A DNA stretch of 64,000 nt. Origin: an uncultured Candidatus Poseidoniales archaeon (GTDB lineage Archaea; Thermoplasmatota; Poseidoniia; Poseidoniales; Poseidoniaceae). The stretch is from assembly GCA_000246735.1 (NCBI GenBank), contig CM001443.1, positions 143,669 through 207,668 on the forward strand, in the 5' to 3' direction. The position numbers and the translations under genes were made by a program. This document shows, in pieces, positions 56,325-64,000 of the stretch (position 1 is the first letter of the stretch; each line of letters opens with the position of its first letter). The notes under the pieces were generated by a model. The model worked only from the letters and a program-made list of their open reading frames with translations. It was not told the DNA's origin and searched no databases.

Positions 56325-57551
56325 TCACAGGAACATTGCTCGACACCGGTCGCCTTTGTTTGAGGGTTGCCCTGGTGAAAGAAGGGTTAGGCCATCTGCT
56401 CGGGCGACCCCGCTGAGGTTTCCTGACCCTTGGTGGCCAGTCGAATAGGCGATGGGATGGTCGCCGCTGGTGTCGATTGAAATTCTTCGGAGTGCCAGGC
56501 AATTTGCATCACCCTTGATGTCTTCACCGAGTTCGACCATGATATGGTGTTCTTTCGGGCCGCCTCCATACACGGACGCTCGGAGGTAGGGGGCGACGAG
56601 GATTCGAAACACCACGTGGCTGCTGGCTGGATTCCCTGGAAGACCAAAGATCGGTGTTGAATTCCACGTACCGAAGAGCGGCGGGGAGCCAGGGCGGATT
56701 TTGACCCGCCAGAAATGAACATCACCCTCTTCTTCCATGATTTTACGAACGTAGTCCCATTCACCCATTGAAACGCCACCAGATGTCAAGATAAGGTCGC
56801 ATTCCTTTGCTGCCGTAGTGAGGCTCGAACGAAGGGCATCCATTGAATCGTTCACGGATGGGTAACGAACGGCCTCATGGCCCATCCATTCTACAAGTCC
56901 GGCCAAACCAAACGAGTTTGATTCGTAGATCTCGTGGGCTTCGAGAGGTTCGCCTGGAAGTTTTAATTCATCGCCTGTTGAAAGAATTGCAACCTTTGCC
57001 CTTTTGAAAACGGGAACGGTTGGCCACCCCATTGTTGCGCAGAGACCTATGTTGGCTGGCGTCAATGTAGTTCCTTTTTCCAGCGTCACTTCGCCGCGCT
57101 TCAAGTTTTCACCTTGCTTGCGGATGAAATGGGGCCGGCCTTGTTCGGCGAGTGTGACTTCTGCCCCTGCCTCGTCCATTTCACAACGCTCGATTGGAAG
57201 AATTGAATCGGCACCAGGAGGAATGGGTCCACCTGTCATAATCCGAGACGCTTGCCCTCTCTTGAGGGGTTGTGTTGTTTCTCTTTCTCCAGCTTGTATG
57301 GTCTGAACTATTTTGAGCGTGTTTGGGGGCTGGAGGCTGTCTTCGTGAATGAAAGCAAAACCATCCATGGCTGAATTATCAAACGGTGGATCATCCACCT
57401 TGGAACAGAGGTCATCTGCAAGAATTCGTCCATGTGCCTCATCGAGCGGTACATCTTCAACACCGACGGAGAGAAGTGTCTTGGTTGCAATGGCAACGGC
57501 CGACTCTATGTCGATGAAGTAGGGTACCTCGGTCACAGACTGTGCAACCAT
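56325..57551 (-). CDS. moeA: molybdopterin molybdenumtransferase MoeA (gephyrin E-domain-like)
   Basis: GDELKLPGE, GGVSMGEWDYV, overall MoeA domain order; abuts the RluA gene without a gap. Confidence 0.85.
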   Translation of the reverse strand: MVAQSVTEVPYFIDIESAVAIATKTLLSVGVEDVPLDEAHGRILADDLCSKVDDPPFDNSAMDGFAFIHEDSLQPPNTLKIVQTIQAGERETTQPLKRGQASRIMTGGPIPPGADSILPIERCEMDEAGAEVTLAEQGRPHFIRKQGENLKRGEVTLEKGTTLTPANIGLCATMGWPTVPVFKRAKVAILSTGDELKLPGEPLEAHEIYESNSFGLAGLVEWMGHEAVRYPSVNDSMDALRSSLTTAAKECDLILTSGGVSMGEWDYVRKIMEEEGDVHFWRVKIRPGSPPLFGTWNSTPIFGLPGNPASSHVVFRILVAPYLRASVYGGGPKEHHIMVELGEDIKGDANCLALRRISIDTSGDHPIAYSTGHQGSGNLSGVARADGLTLLSPGQPSNKGDRCRAMFL

Positions 57552-57572
57552 CGCTCGGTTTGAGGTTCACGG

Positions 57573-58337
57573 TCATGGTAGAAGATCAATACCGCGCTTC
57601 GCTGTAGCGAGGACAAGGACGAAAATCAGCAGCCAACGTACGGTTGTTTGCGGTGCTTTTTCCGCCCCGAATTTTGAACCAATGTAACCGCCACAAGCCA
57701 CAGCGATTACAAATGAGGCAAGTGGGTCAAGGGACAAGGAAAGTTGGCCTGAGAGATGTGCTCCTAAGAGGCCGGCAGCAGAATTTGCCCATATGAACAG
57801 CGCCGCAGTCGCTGCTGCGGCTTTTGGAGTGGCCCAGCGTTTGAGCACAAGAATAGGGGACAGAAAGATGCCTCCCCCGACGCCAATCATTCCACTGATC
57901 ACACCAATTGAAGCACCAATAGGAATTGAAGTTTGAAGGGATGGTAGAGGGTTTGGTTGTGAACTTTCTTCGGGTTGTTTTGAGGTTGCTAAACGGTACG
58001 CTGCGAAGAGAAGGGCTGCTGAGAGGAGTGTGTCATATACGACGCCATCGACTTTGAGTGTCCCTCCATAAAGAGCTGCAGGGAGGCTTGCTGCAATGAA
58101 CATTAACGATAGTTTAGGACGGTGAAACCCTGCTTTCTGATAGTGGTAAAACGCAAGACTTGCAACGACAAGGTTGAGCACCCATGCGTGTTGTTTCAGC
58201 CATGAACTGTTCATTGACGCAAAGGTGGACAAAGAAAGCAGGGCGAGATAGCCCGAAGCGCCACCATGACCTACAGATGCATACAGCGCTGCGATCACAA
58301 AGAGCGCTAAACACAAGAAAAGTGTTTCAGCAGCCAT
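57573..58337 (-). CDS. TauE/SafE (DUF81) family sulfite/anion exporter-like membrane protein
   Basis: two 4-TM repeats with Gly-rich GHGGASGY and GVGGGIFLSPIL signatures. Confidence 0.8.
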   Translation of the reverse strand: MAAETLFLCLALFVIAALYASVGHGGASGYLALLSLSTFASMNSSWLKQHAWVLNLVVASLAFYHYQKAGFHRPKLSLMFIAASLPAALYGGTLKVDGVVYDTLLSAALLFAAYRLATSKQPEESSQPNPLPSLQTSIPIGASIGVISGMIGVGGGIFLSPILVLKRWATPKAAAATAALFIWANSAAGLLGAHLSGQLSLSLDPLASFVIAVACGGYIGSKFGAEKAPQTTVRWLLIFVLVLATAKRGIDLLP

Positions 58338-58355
58338 AGAGAACCGTTCCAGGGC

Positions 58356-58649
58356 TCACTCAAACTTCATTTCATTCCCGCATTCAGGGTATGAACACGT
58401 AACGGTGTATCGGGATTTCTTTGGTTTGGGGATTTTGAGCATCGAGCCGCAAGAGTCGCATTGGACGCGAAGGGTTTCTGGTCCCTTCGGAGCAGGTGCA
58501 TCCCCAAGCGTGCGTCCTACATCGGTTGACCAACCAAGGTTATCCTTGTAGGAATCACCTGTGGTGTTCATTTTCTTTTGTTTCAAAGAAAGGCGCATCT
58601 TACGCTTGCGTTTTTTTGGTTTCTTACCGCCCGCCGGTGCCTTTCCCGC
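58356..58649 (-). CDS. small basic zinc-ribbon protein
   Basis: KKPKKRKRK basic tract and C-terminal CDSC ... CSYPEC zinc ribbon; start trimmed to MAGKAP because the first 43 track codons overlap the beta-CASP gene. Confidence 0.4.
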   Translation of the reverse strand, partial: AGKAPAGGKKPKKRKRKMRLSLKQKKMNTTGDSYKDNLGWSTDVGRTLGDAPAPKGPETLRVQCDSCGSMLKIPKPKKSRYTVTCSYPECGNEMKFE

Positions 58650-58683
58650 CATGTGAATCGGACTCCCCTTGGTGTCGTTGTAT

Positions 58684-60078
58684 TCAATGACTTCGGCTAA
58701 ATTCTTCACCGAGGTATTCCGAGACGCCATTGACTGGGTTGTGCACAATGTGTCCATTCTTCTCAAGCGCTTCCGCAAGGGGGGGGCGAGCGTTATGTGG
58801 ATCTGTGTGGTAGATCACCACTTCTTCTGCTTGGCAGTCTGATGCAAAATCCACGATTTCTTTGTGGCCTGCGTGGGTCGAGAAGGAATATGTATCCCAC
58901 TCGAGGGGGATTTCCGTGTCCTTGCCGAAAATTTTCAACTTTCCTTCTGACTGAAGTTGCCGTCCACCGGTTGCTTTCGCTTGGTAGCCTGTGAAGAGAA
59001 TGGCGTTCTTTGTATCATGCCGAAGGCGATTCAAATACCAAATTGAAGGCCCGCCCTGGAGCATGCCTGATGTGGAAACAATCACATCTGCTTCAAGCGC
59101 TCGCTTTCGATCTGATTTGCTCGAAACTCGCTTGCACCACGACCATGCAGAACGAAGTGCGGCAGGATCTCGAAGCGTTTCTGGATGATTCATTTGCATC
59201 TTAGCAATGCGTTTTCCCATTCCGTCAACGTGAACGTTGAGGTGAGGGAGGTATTTGTGAAGGCGCATGACAACATCCTGAGTTCGACCGTTAGCAAAAG
59301 CTGGGATGAGGACGGTTCCACCACCGTCGACAACGCGCTGGACGTGTTCAACAAAACGTTGAATCTCTTGTTCCATGTTTGGGTGTTCCCTTCCACCGTA
59401 TGTTCCTTCAACAAATAATGTGTCAGTTTTTTGTGGTTTTGCCCCGGTTGTTAGAGGTGAGTTACGGGTGTCGAAATCGCCAGAAATCAATACCTTGCGA
59501 TCGGGCGTTTCGAGATCAAGCATCGCTGCGCCCGGAATGTGACCTGCTTTACGAAGGGTGAGTTTCCAATCATCGTGATTCCATGGAGCATCAAAATCGT
59601 GGATTCGCCAGGCGTCAATCGCTGTATCGATGTCACGCTTGTCCCAAGCAAGGGGGTATCCTTCGATTGAACTGACTTTATGGCAATCATACCACATCAT
59701 TTCTGATATTTCTGCAGTCAACGCAGTACCGTGAAGAAGGGTTCGATGATTTGAACAAAGCCAAGGTGCCATGCCTAAGTGATCAACGTGGGAATGAGTG
59801 ATGACTGCATCTTTGACTTTTGGAGCTTCAGATGGATACCTTGGAGGATGGGTTGGTGCAAGACCGTAGTCGAGTAAAAGACGAGTTTGCTTTTCGTTCT
59901 CGAACATAATTCCTACATTTCCGACTTCATCACCACCACCAAGTGGATGGTATCGAAGACCTTTTTCTGGAGTGTCCTCTGGATACGACGTGGTTCTTCC
60001 AGCTGAGTATAGGACCATAGGGCTCAGTATCTCGTCGGCCCGACCCATGATGAAGATGTGCATGTTCTGGACCCACAC
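58684..60078 (-). CDS. beta-CASP metallo-beta-lactamase ribonuclease (aCPSF/RNase J-like)
   Basis: MBL motif VITHSHVDHLG, GHIPGAAM, beta-CASP insert and C-terminal His; true start likely an internal Met (MVLYSAG or MFENEK). Confidence 0.8.
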   Translation of the reverse strand: MWVQNMHIFIMGRADEILSPMVLYSAGRTTSYPEDTPEKGLRYHPLGGGDEVGNVGIMFENEKQTRLLLDYGLAPTHPPRYPSEAPKVKDAVITHSHVDHLGMAPWLCSNHRTLLHGTALTAEISEMMWYDCHKVSSIEGYPLAWDKRDIDTAIDAWRIHDFDAPWNHDDWKLTLRKAGHIPGAAMLDLETPDRKVLISGDFDTRNSPLTTGAKPQKTDTLFVEGTYGGREHPNMEQEIQRFVEHVQRVVDGGGTVLIPAFANGRTQDVVMRLHKYLPHLNVHVDGMGKRIAKMQMNHPETLRDPAALRSAWSWCKRVSSKSDRKRALEADVIVSTSGMLQGGPSIWYLNRLRHDTKNAILFTGYQAKATGGRQLQSEGKLKIFGKDTEIPLEWDTYSFSTHAGHKEIVDFASDCQAEEVVIYHTDPHNARPPLAEALEKNGHIVHNPVNGVSEYLGEEFSRSH

Positions 60079-60466
60079 CCCCTCGTTTCCTTTGGAGAGA
60101 TTTCGGTTCGGTTTCAGGTTTTTTTTGATTGGTTATGTGGTGGTAGTATTATGTGCTTGACGCGACCATATTCTACGGGGCATACTTCCGTTTCTTTCTA
60201 TCCCTTTCTACAACATCCTTCACCGATCGATACGATATGTGTTCCATAGGAAATAGGGGGGTCTAGGGATATCTTCCGTTTCTTGGTGAAAAAGGAGTCA
60301 ATTCTATTTCCATTGGATGAAGAATCCATTCGAATTATATGATGATTCCTCGAATCCCAAATATATTTTTTTTATGCCGCAGACTCATTTCCAAATTTCA
60401 GATTTTCCATAAGAAATCGTTTCTCCTCTACGAAGATGACATGAACCTTGTGCGCATGGAAGAATC

Positions 60467-60679
60467 ATGGCGCGACAAGAAGACCATCTCTTCGTTGTTG
60501 ACGAAGACCGGTGCTTCGGTTGCGCAGCCTGCATAGCGTTGTGTCCCGTGAATGTATTGACACTCATCGATCGACTCGCAGTTGTCGATGAAGAAGCCTG
60601 CACTCATTGCGAACTCTGTATTCCTTCCTGCCCGGTCTTTGCGCTTGATATTCGACCAACAATCGAGGTGAAGGCATGA
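60467..60679 (+). CDS. 2x[4Fe-4S] ferredoxin
   Basis: two CxxCxxCxxxCP motifs (CFGCAACIALCP and CTHCELCIPSCP) in 70 aa. Confidence 0.8.
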   Translation: MARQEDHLFVVDEDRCFGCAACIALCPVNVLTLIDRLAVVDEEACTHCELCIPSCPVFALDIRPTIEVKA

Positions 60680-61398
60680 ATCGAATCGTTTGCATTGGAG
60701 GTTCCATTGCCAACCTCATTGCGGCCTACCACCTTTCGGAAACGAATGATGTGACAATTATCGACGTTCATGCCGAGATTGGCATGCCATGTGGCCAACC
60801 AGGGTTTCTCTTAGACCTCGACAAACTTCAGCCCTACATGACAAAGGATCAACTTGAATTTCTTCGACCCCACTCAAATGAACCCGGATGGGGTCTTCGC
60901 AGTGAATGGATGACCAAACTTCTCGCACTTAACACAGCGCAACAAGGGGCAAAGATTCTCACCCGAACTCGAATCACGTCCATTGCCTTTGAAAATGAAA
61001 TCTATACTGTCAAATTCTCAGGTGGTGGACCTACATCAACATCAACCATCGAGGCGAATCAAATCATCGATGCGTCACACCTTGTTCCAAAAGCACCAGG
61101 GTCGCTTCAACACACGATTGACCAAACGCTCGAACTCATCACGCCCAAATTCAGTGAAATCACTGAATGGTTTGGCGGCACAGCTTTGACGAGTGATTGT
61201 CTTGAACTTCCTGAGTCAGCGTGGAAGTTTGATCGTTCTGAGGGGTTGAGTGAGGTCTGGTTTGAAGGCAGTCCACAATGGCAGCCAACCCATGGTTGGA
61301 TTGAACAAATAACGGCACCACTCCCATCAGCTTCACAGCAGCGCACCATTGACGCACAAATCGATGAAGGTCGCTCCCTTGCGGGGGTGAACGAATGA
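60676..61398 (+). CDS. short FAD/NAD(P)-binding Rossmann-fold protein resembling the N-terminal half of geranylgeranyl reductases; start overlaps the ferredoxin stop (ATGA)
   Basis: IVCIGGSIANLIAAYHL (GxGxxA/G) then MPCGQPG (compare GGR CGG/CGEG loop); only 240 aa, so lacks the GGR C-terminal domain. Confidence 0.45.
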   Translation: MNRIVCIGGSIANLIAAYHLSETNDVTIIDVHAEIGMPCGQPGFLLDLDKLQPYMTKDQLEFLRPHSNEPGWGLRSEWMTKLLALNTAQQGAKILTRTRITSIAFENEIYTVKFSGGGPTSTSTIEANQIIDASHLVPKAPGSLQHTIDQTLELITPKFSEITEWFGGTALTSDCLELPESAWKFDRSEGLSEVWFEGSPQWQPTHGWIEQITAPLPSASQQRTIDAQIDEGRSLAGVNE

Positions 61399-62162
61399 CA
61401 GAAAAACTGTATCTTCACAGCATTGAATCTGGATATTTTCAAAATTTCAACGCGACAGTCACTGGTGTTGAAGATGCACAAGTGATTCTTGATCAGACTC
61501 TTTTTTATCCGCTTGGAGGTGGTCAAAACTGGGATATTGGTACACTCACAGGACCGAATGGTAATCTCGAAGTCTCTGAAGTGCGTGGTCGGGATGACGT
61601 GTTCCATACTGTAGGGGAAGGCCACCAATTAGAAATTGGTGACGAAGTTACAGGAACAATCGACTGGGAACGCCGCCATGCTCACATGCGAATGCACACA
61701 GCACAACATCTTGTTTCTGGTTTGGTCTATGAGATGTTCAATGGGGCACGTACCGTTGGGAATCAAATTCACAGTGACCGTTCTCGTATTGATTTCAACC
61801 CAATCACCTTCGATGATGCTATGTTGGAGTCATTGACCATTCGTACAAATGACATCATCAAACAAAACCTTCGAGTCACAGACACCGTCATGACACGGGA
61901 TGAGGTCAACGCAATCATGCCACCCGAGCGAACGAACATGGATCTGCTGCCAGCAAGTGTCAAACAACTCCGGGTTGTAAAAATCGATGATGGATTTGAT
62001 CTCTGTCCTTGCGCAGGCACCCATGTACAACAACTCGGTGAAATCGGAGGCGTTCAAATTCTCGGAAAGAAATCCAAAGGAAAAGGGACGCAGCGAATTA
62101 CCTACGACCTCCTCGAACCATTGATTAAAATTTCAGCGCTGTCAGAAACCTTTCCAATTTAA
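61395..62162 (+). CDS. alaX: alanyl-tRNA editing protein AlaX-M (free-standing AlaRS editing domain)
   Basis: Zn-binding HxxxH (MHTAQHLVSG) and CxxxH (CPCAGTHV) motifs; about 250 aa; start overlaps the upstream gene stop. Confidence 0.8.
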   Translation: MTEKLYLHSIESGYFQNFNATVTGVEDAQVILDQTLFYPLGGGQNWDIGTLTGPNGNLEVSEVRGRDDVFHTVGEGHQLEIGDEVTGTIDWERRHAHMRMHTAQHLVSGLVYEMFNGARTVGNQIHSDRSRIDFNPITFDDAMLESLTIRTNDIIKQNLRVTDTVMTRDEVNAIMPPERTNMDLLPASVKQLRVVKIDDGFDLCPCAGTHVQQLGEIGGVQILGKKSKGKGTQRITYDLLEPLIKISALSETFPI

Positions 62163-62191
62163 TTCATCCATCCAAAAGATGGGTATGGGCC

Positions 62192-62569
62192 ATGCTTATA
62201 CAGACTACGAATTTTACAAAGGTCATGGACCTAAACGACTTCGACGTTGGAGACAGTCTAAGTGGGCGCATTACGGGGGCACTGTTCGGCTTCATTTTAC
62301 TCGCGTTTGGGATGCCTTTCACTTTCGTACCAGTGCTTATTTTTGGTGATGGTTCCATCGATCTTCTCTCGTTCGGTGGCTTATTCATGGTGCTGTTCAC
62401 ACTGCCTTTCGTTGTTGCTGGTTTATTCGTTCAATTCATCGGATTTTCGGTGATTCGGCTGAGCATTCGCCCTAGCGACAAGAAAACGATTGGCAGGTTA
62501 AACAAGGCCTTAGGCAATCAGTCACTCGACGTCACCAAGAGGCTTCGCGAACAGGCACACCTGACGTAG
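62192..62569 (+). CDS. small two-TM membrane protein; the shifted frame downstream (62476-62631) encodes an acidic tail ending GENFWDTVES, suggesting a frameshift or indel at the 3' end
   Basis: ITGALFGFILLAFGMPFTFVPVLIF and LFMVLFTLPFVVAGLFVQFIGF helices; see finding on the NFWDTV motif. Confidence 0.4.
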   Translation: MLIQTTNFTKVMDLNDFDVGDSLSGRITGALFGFILLAFGMPFTFVPVLIFGDGSIDLLSFGGLFMVLFTLPFVVAGLFVQFIGFSVIRLSIRPSDKKTIGRLNKALGNQSLDVTKRLREQAHLT

Positions 62570-62728
62570 TTGTCGAAGAAGAAGGTCCTTCTGACCAAGG
62601 TGAAAATTTCTGGGACACCGTCGAGTCCTGAGCAAAAAGAGATGAGGTTTGCAGAAGTCATCAAATACCTTATTCCTTTAGAGATAACATTTGTTCAAGA
62701 CCCTTTTCAATTCGTAATTAAACCGAAA

Positions 62729-63394
62729 TCATAAATCAAGGTCATCATCGAGTAATTCTTTCACGTCTAAAAGCGTCGATTTCCACGCTTTTCTGTTCTT
62801 TTGTCGTTCTTCAAACACCCGCTCCTCAATTCCATCAACCAATTCTTTTGGTGCCGTTTGAGCTTCAGTAGCCGCTTCAAGACGATCTGTTAATTCCGTA
62901 TCTTCACCAATACGGTCGCTTCGGTCGACCTGGGCGATGTCATGACTTGGGACTGTTCTAGAACCGTATTGCTTGAGTTGGGTTTGATCAACATACATGG
63001 CTTGATTGATTCGTTCAATTTCTTGTTCAGCCAACTGAACCTCGAGGCTGGCTTTCTTTGCACGCTGCCGCTCGAAAACTTCCACAATATCCTCATTGCT
63101 TGGCATTGGTTTTTGTTCCGTCATGGCTGATGCCAAGCGCTGCTGATGCGTTAATGCTGGACCATGAATTTCATCATGATCATGACGATGTGGAGCAGCT
63201 GCCATCATGAGGATCTCTTTGGCAAATTGGTGAAGAGAACTGTCTGCAGGTGCCTTTGCCAAAACATCGCGAACTTCTCTGTGGTGGGAAATGCAAGATT
63301 TACATCGAATCGCGCTGTCCTCATCCGGCGCATCACACAATAAGCAACAGGCTTGGAAACCCATTTCTTTCATGGCACGACGAGGCATTGACAT
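62729..63394 (-). CDS. hypothetical protein: N-terminal C4 zinc finger plus coiled-coil
   Basis: CCLLCDAPDEDSAIRCKSC Cys cluster, His-rich segment, E/Q-rich helical region. Confidence 0.45.
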   Translation of the reverse strand: MSMPRRAMKEMGFQACCLLCDAPDEDSAIRCKSCISHHREVRDVLAKAPADSSLHQFAKEILMMAAAPHRHDHDEIHGPALTHQQRLASAMTEQKPMPSNEDIVEVFERQRAKKASLEVQLAEQEIERINQAMYVDQTQLKQYGSRTVPSHDIAQVDRSDRIGEDTELTDRLEAATEAQTAPKELVDGIEERVFEERQKNRKAWKSTLLDVKELLDDDLDL

Positions 63395-63476
63395 ATCTGC
63401 TCAAACCTCTCTCAATGGTTAACCGCATCAACCTTGGGACGCGAGGCTTCAAATTGTATCGAGCAGAACAAAGCCC

Positions 63477-64000
63477 ATGGGGAGGCGTGACCCGAGGGCG
63501 GACATCATCGACGATGATCCTTTCAAGCAGAAACCACGCATCGCTCGCGTTCATTCTCGCCGGGGCGATGATGGAACAATACACTTCGAAATGAATGGCT
63601 CAAGTACGGGTTCAATTAACCCACTTCTGGCACAATTCATGGGCCTCCAACCCAACAAACCTGCAAACCTTCACACGGGCGGAATTTGGCATTTTAGTGA
63701 TGAGGAAAAGAAACATCTGCGTCTCGCAACAGCTGCTTTCACCCTCGCTCTTGGCTTCATGTGGGTTGGCGGGATCCGCACCCTCCTTGCAACATCGCTG
63801 TCTCAATGGATGATTCAATTGTTGTTGGCAATGCCTGTGATGCTTTTGGCTGTTGGACCAGCGTTTCTATTTCACGAGATAGGACACAAAATCATTGCAA
63901 AGAAGAACGGTTGTTGGGCTGAATTTAGAGCAGATCCAAGTGGTTTACGGTTTGGAATATTTCTTGCGTTTTTCCTCGGCTTTTTGTTTATGGCACCGGG
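63477..64000 (+). CDS. M50-family (site-2 protease-like) intramembrane metalloprotease, 3'-truncated by the window end
   Basis: hand translation of the frame that runs off the window end (not in the ORF track): ... LLLAMPVMLLAVGPAFLFHEIGHKIIAKKNGCWAEF ... with HExxH inside a TM helix; frame open from 63423, in-frame ATGs at 63477 and 63591. Confidence 0.5.
   Translation, partial: MGRRDPRADIIDDDPFKQKPRIARVHSRRGDDGTIHFEMNGSSTGSINPLLAQFMGLQPNKPANLHTGGIWHFSDEEKKHLRLATAAFTLALGFMWVGGIRTLLATSLSQWMIQLLLAMPVMLLAVGPAFLFHEIGHKIIAKKNGCWAEFRADPSGLRFGIFLAFFLGFLFMAP

Noticed and set aside
60079-60466. tRNA or replication origin in the AT-rich spacer (TTCGAAT-like T-loop strings; TTCC..GGAA ORB-like cores)
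   Set aside because: No cloverleaf can be built around the ttcgaat strings, as there are no acceptor or T stems. The ORB-like cores match only loosely. No orc1/cdc6 gene is adjacent. Kept only as a regulatory/ncRNA candidate.
27285-62622. 14-nt exact match aatttctgggacac between 27.3 kb and 62.6 kb as evidence of a dispersed DNA repeat or mobile element
   Set aside because: Exact 14-mers are expected several times by chance in 64 kb on two strands. The signal is significant only at the peptide level (synonymous third-position differences), so it is reported as a protein motif, not a DNA repeat.
1-64000. CRISPR arrays, integrases/transposases, rRNA/tRNA genes, prophage
   Set aside because: No regularly spaced direct repeats and no recombinase/transposase motifs appear among the translated ORFs. 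No rRNA-like or tRNA-like segments were recognised on visual scan. Intergenic space is too small elsewhere to hide them.

Overview
This 64 kb window is densely coding on both strands and archaeal in character, most likely from a Marine Group II (Candidatus Poseidoniales)-like euryarchaeon. About 58 protein-coding genes are supported. No rRNA, tRNA, CRISPR array, integrase, transposase or obvious mobile element was found by eye.

The archaeal assignment rests on these gene calls:
- DNA primase large subunit PriL (PPCMRKA motif)
- diphthine synthase
- Trm5
- a DUF373 membrane protein
- GGGP synthase and a geranylgeranyl reductase
- the conserved ribosomal-LX / prefoldin-alpha / FtsY cluster
- a PurS-PurS-PurL fusion

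The Marine Group II (MGII) assignment rests on:
- a proteorhodopsin-type pump with a signal peptide, Met at the spectral-tuning position and Lys at the proton-donor position
- secreted S8 and S15 peptidases
- a compact genome at roughly 52-55% GC

Main observations worth follow-up:
- a three-gene module: an MreB/actin-fold ATPase, a 421-aa coiled-coil protein and a DUF4126 membrane protein, translationally linked
- an orphan AAA+ ATPase divergently paired with a 584-aa protein of unknown fold
- the DTK-motif rhodopsin, with no retinal or carotenoid genes in the window
- a eukaryote-type GSII with a divergent XRE+CBS regulator and a perfect 16-bp palindrome
- a fused tandem-PurS-PurL with overlapping purQ
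- a 388-bp AT-rich divergent intergenic region with direct repeats and TTCC-N3-GGAA palindromes, upstream of a ferredoxin / short GGR-like / AlaX operon
- a conserved terminal peptide motif G[DE]NFWDTV shared by two membrane proteins, one copy sitting in a shifted frame
- a run of three same-frame ORFs separated only by TGA codons

Functional calls come from motifs read directly off the supplied translations. No database searches were run. Start coordinates were adjusted by eye where an ORF-track start was a non-ATG codon or overlapped a neighbouring gene.
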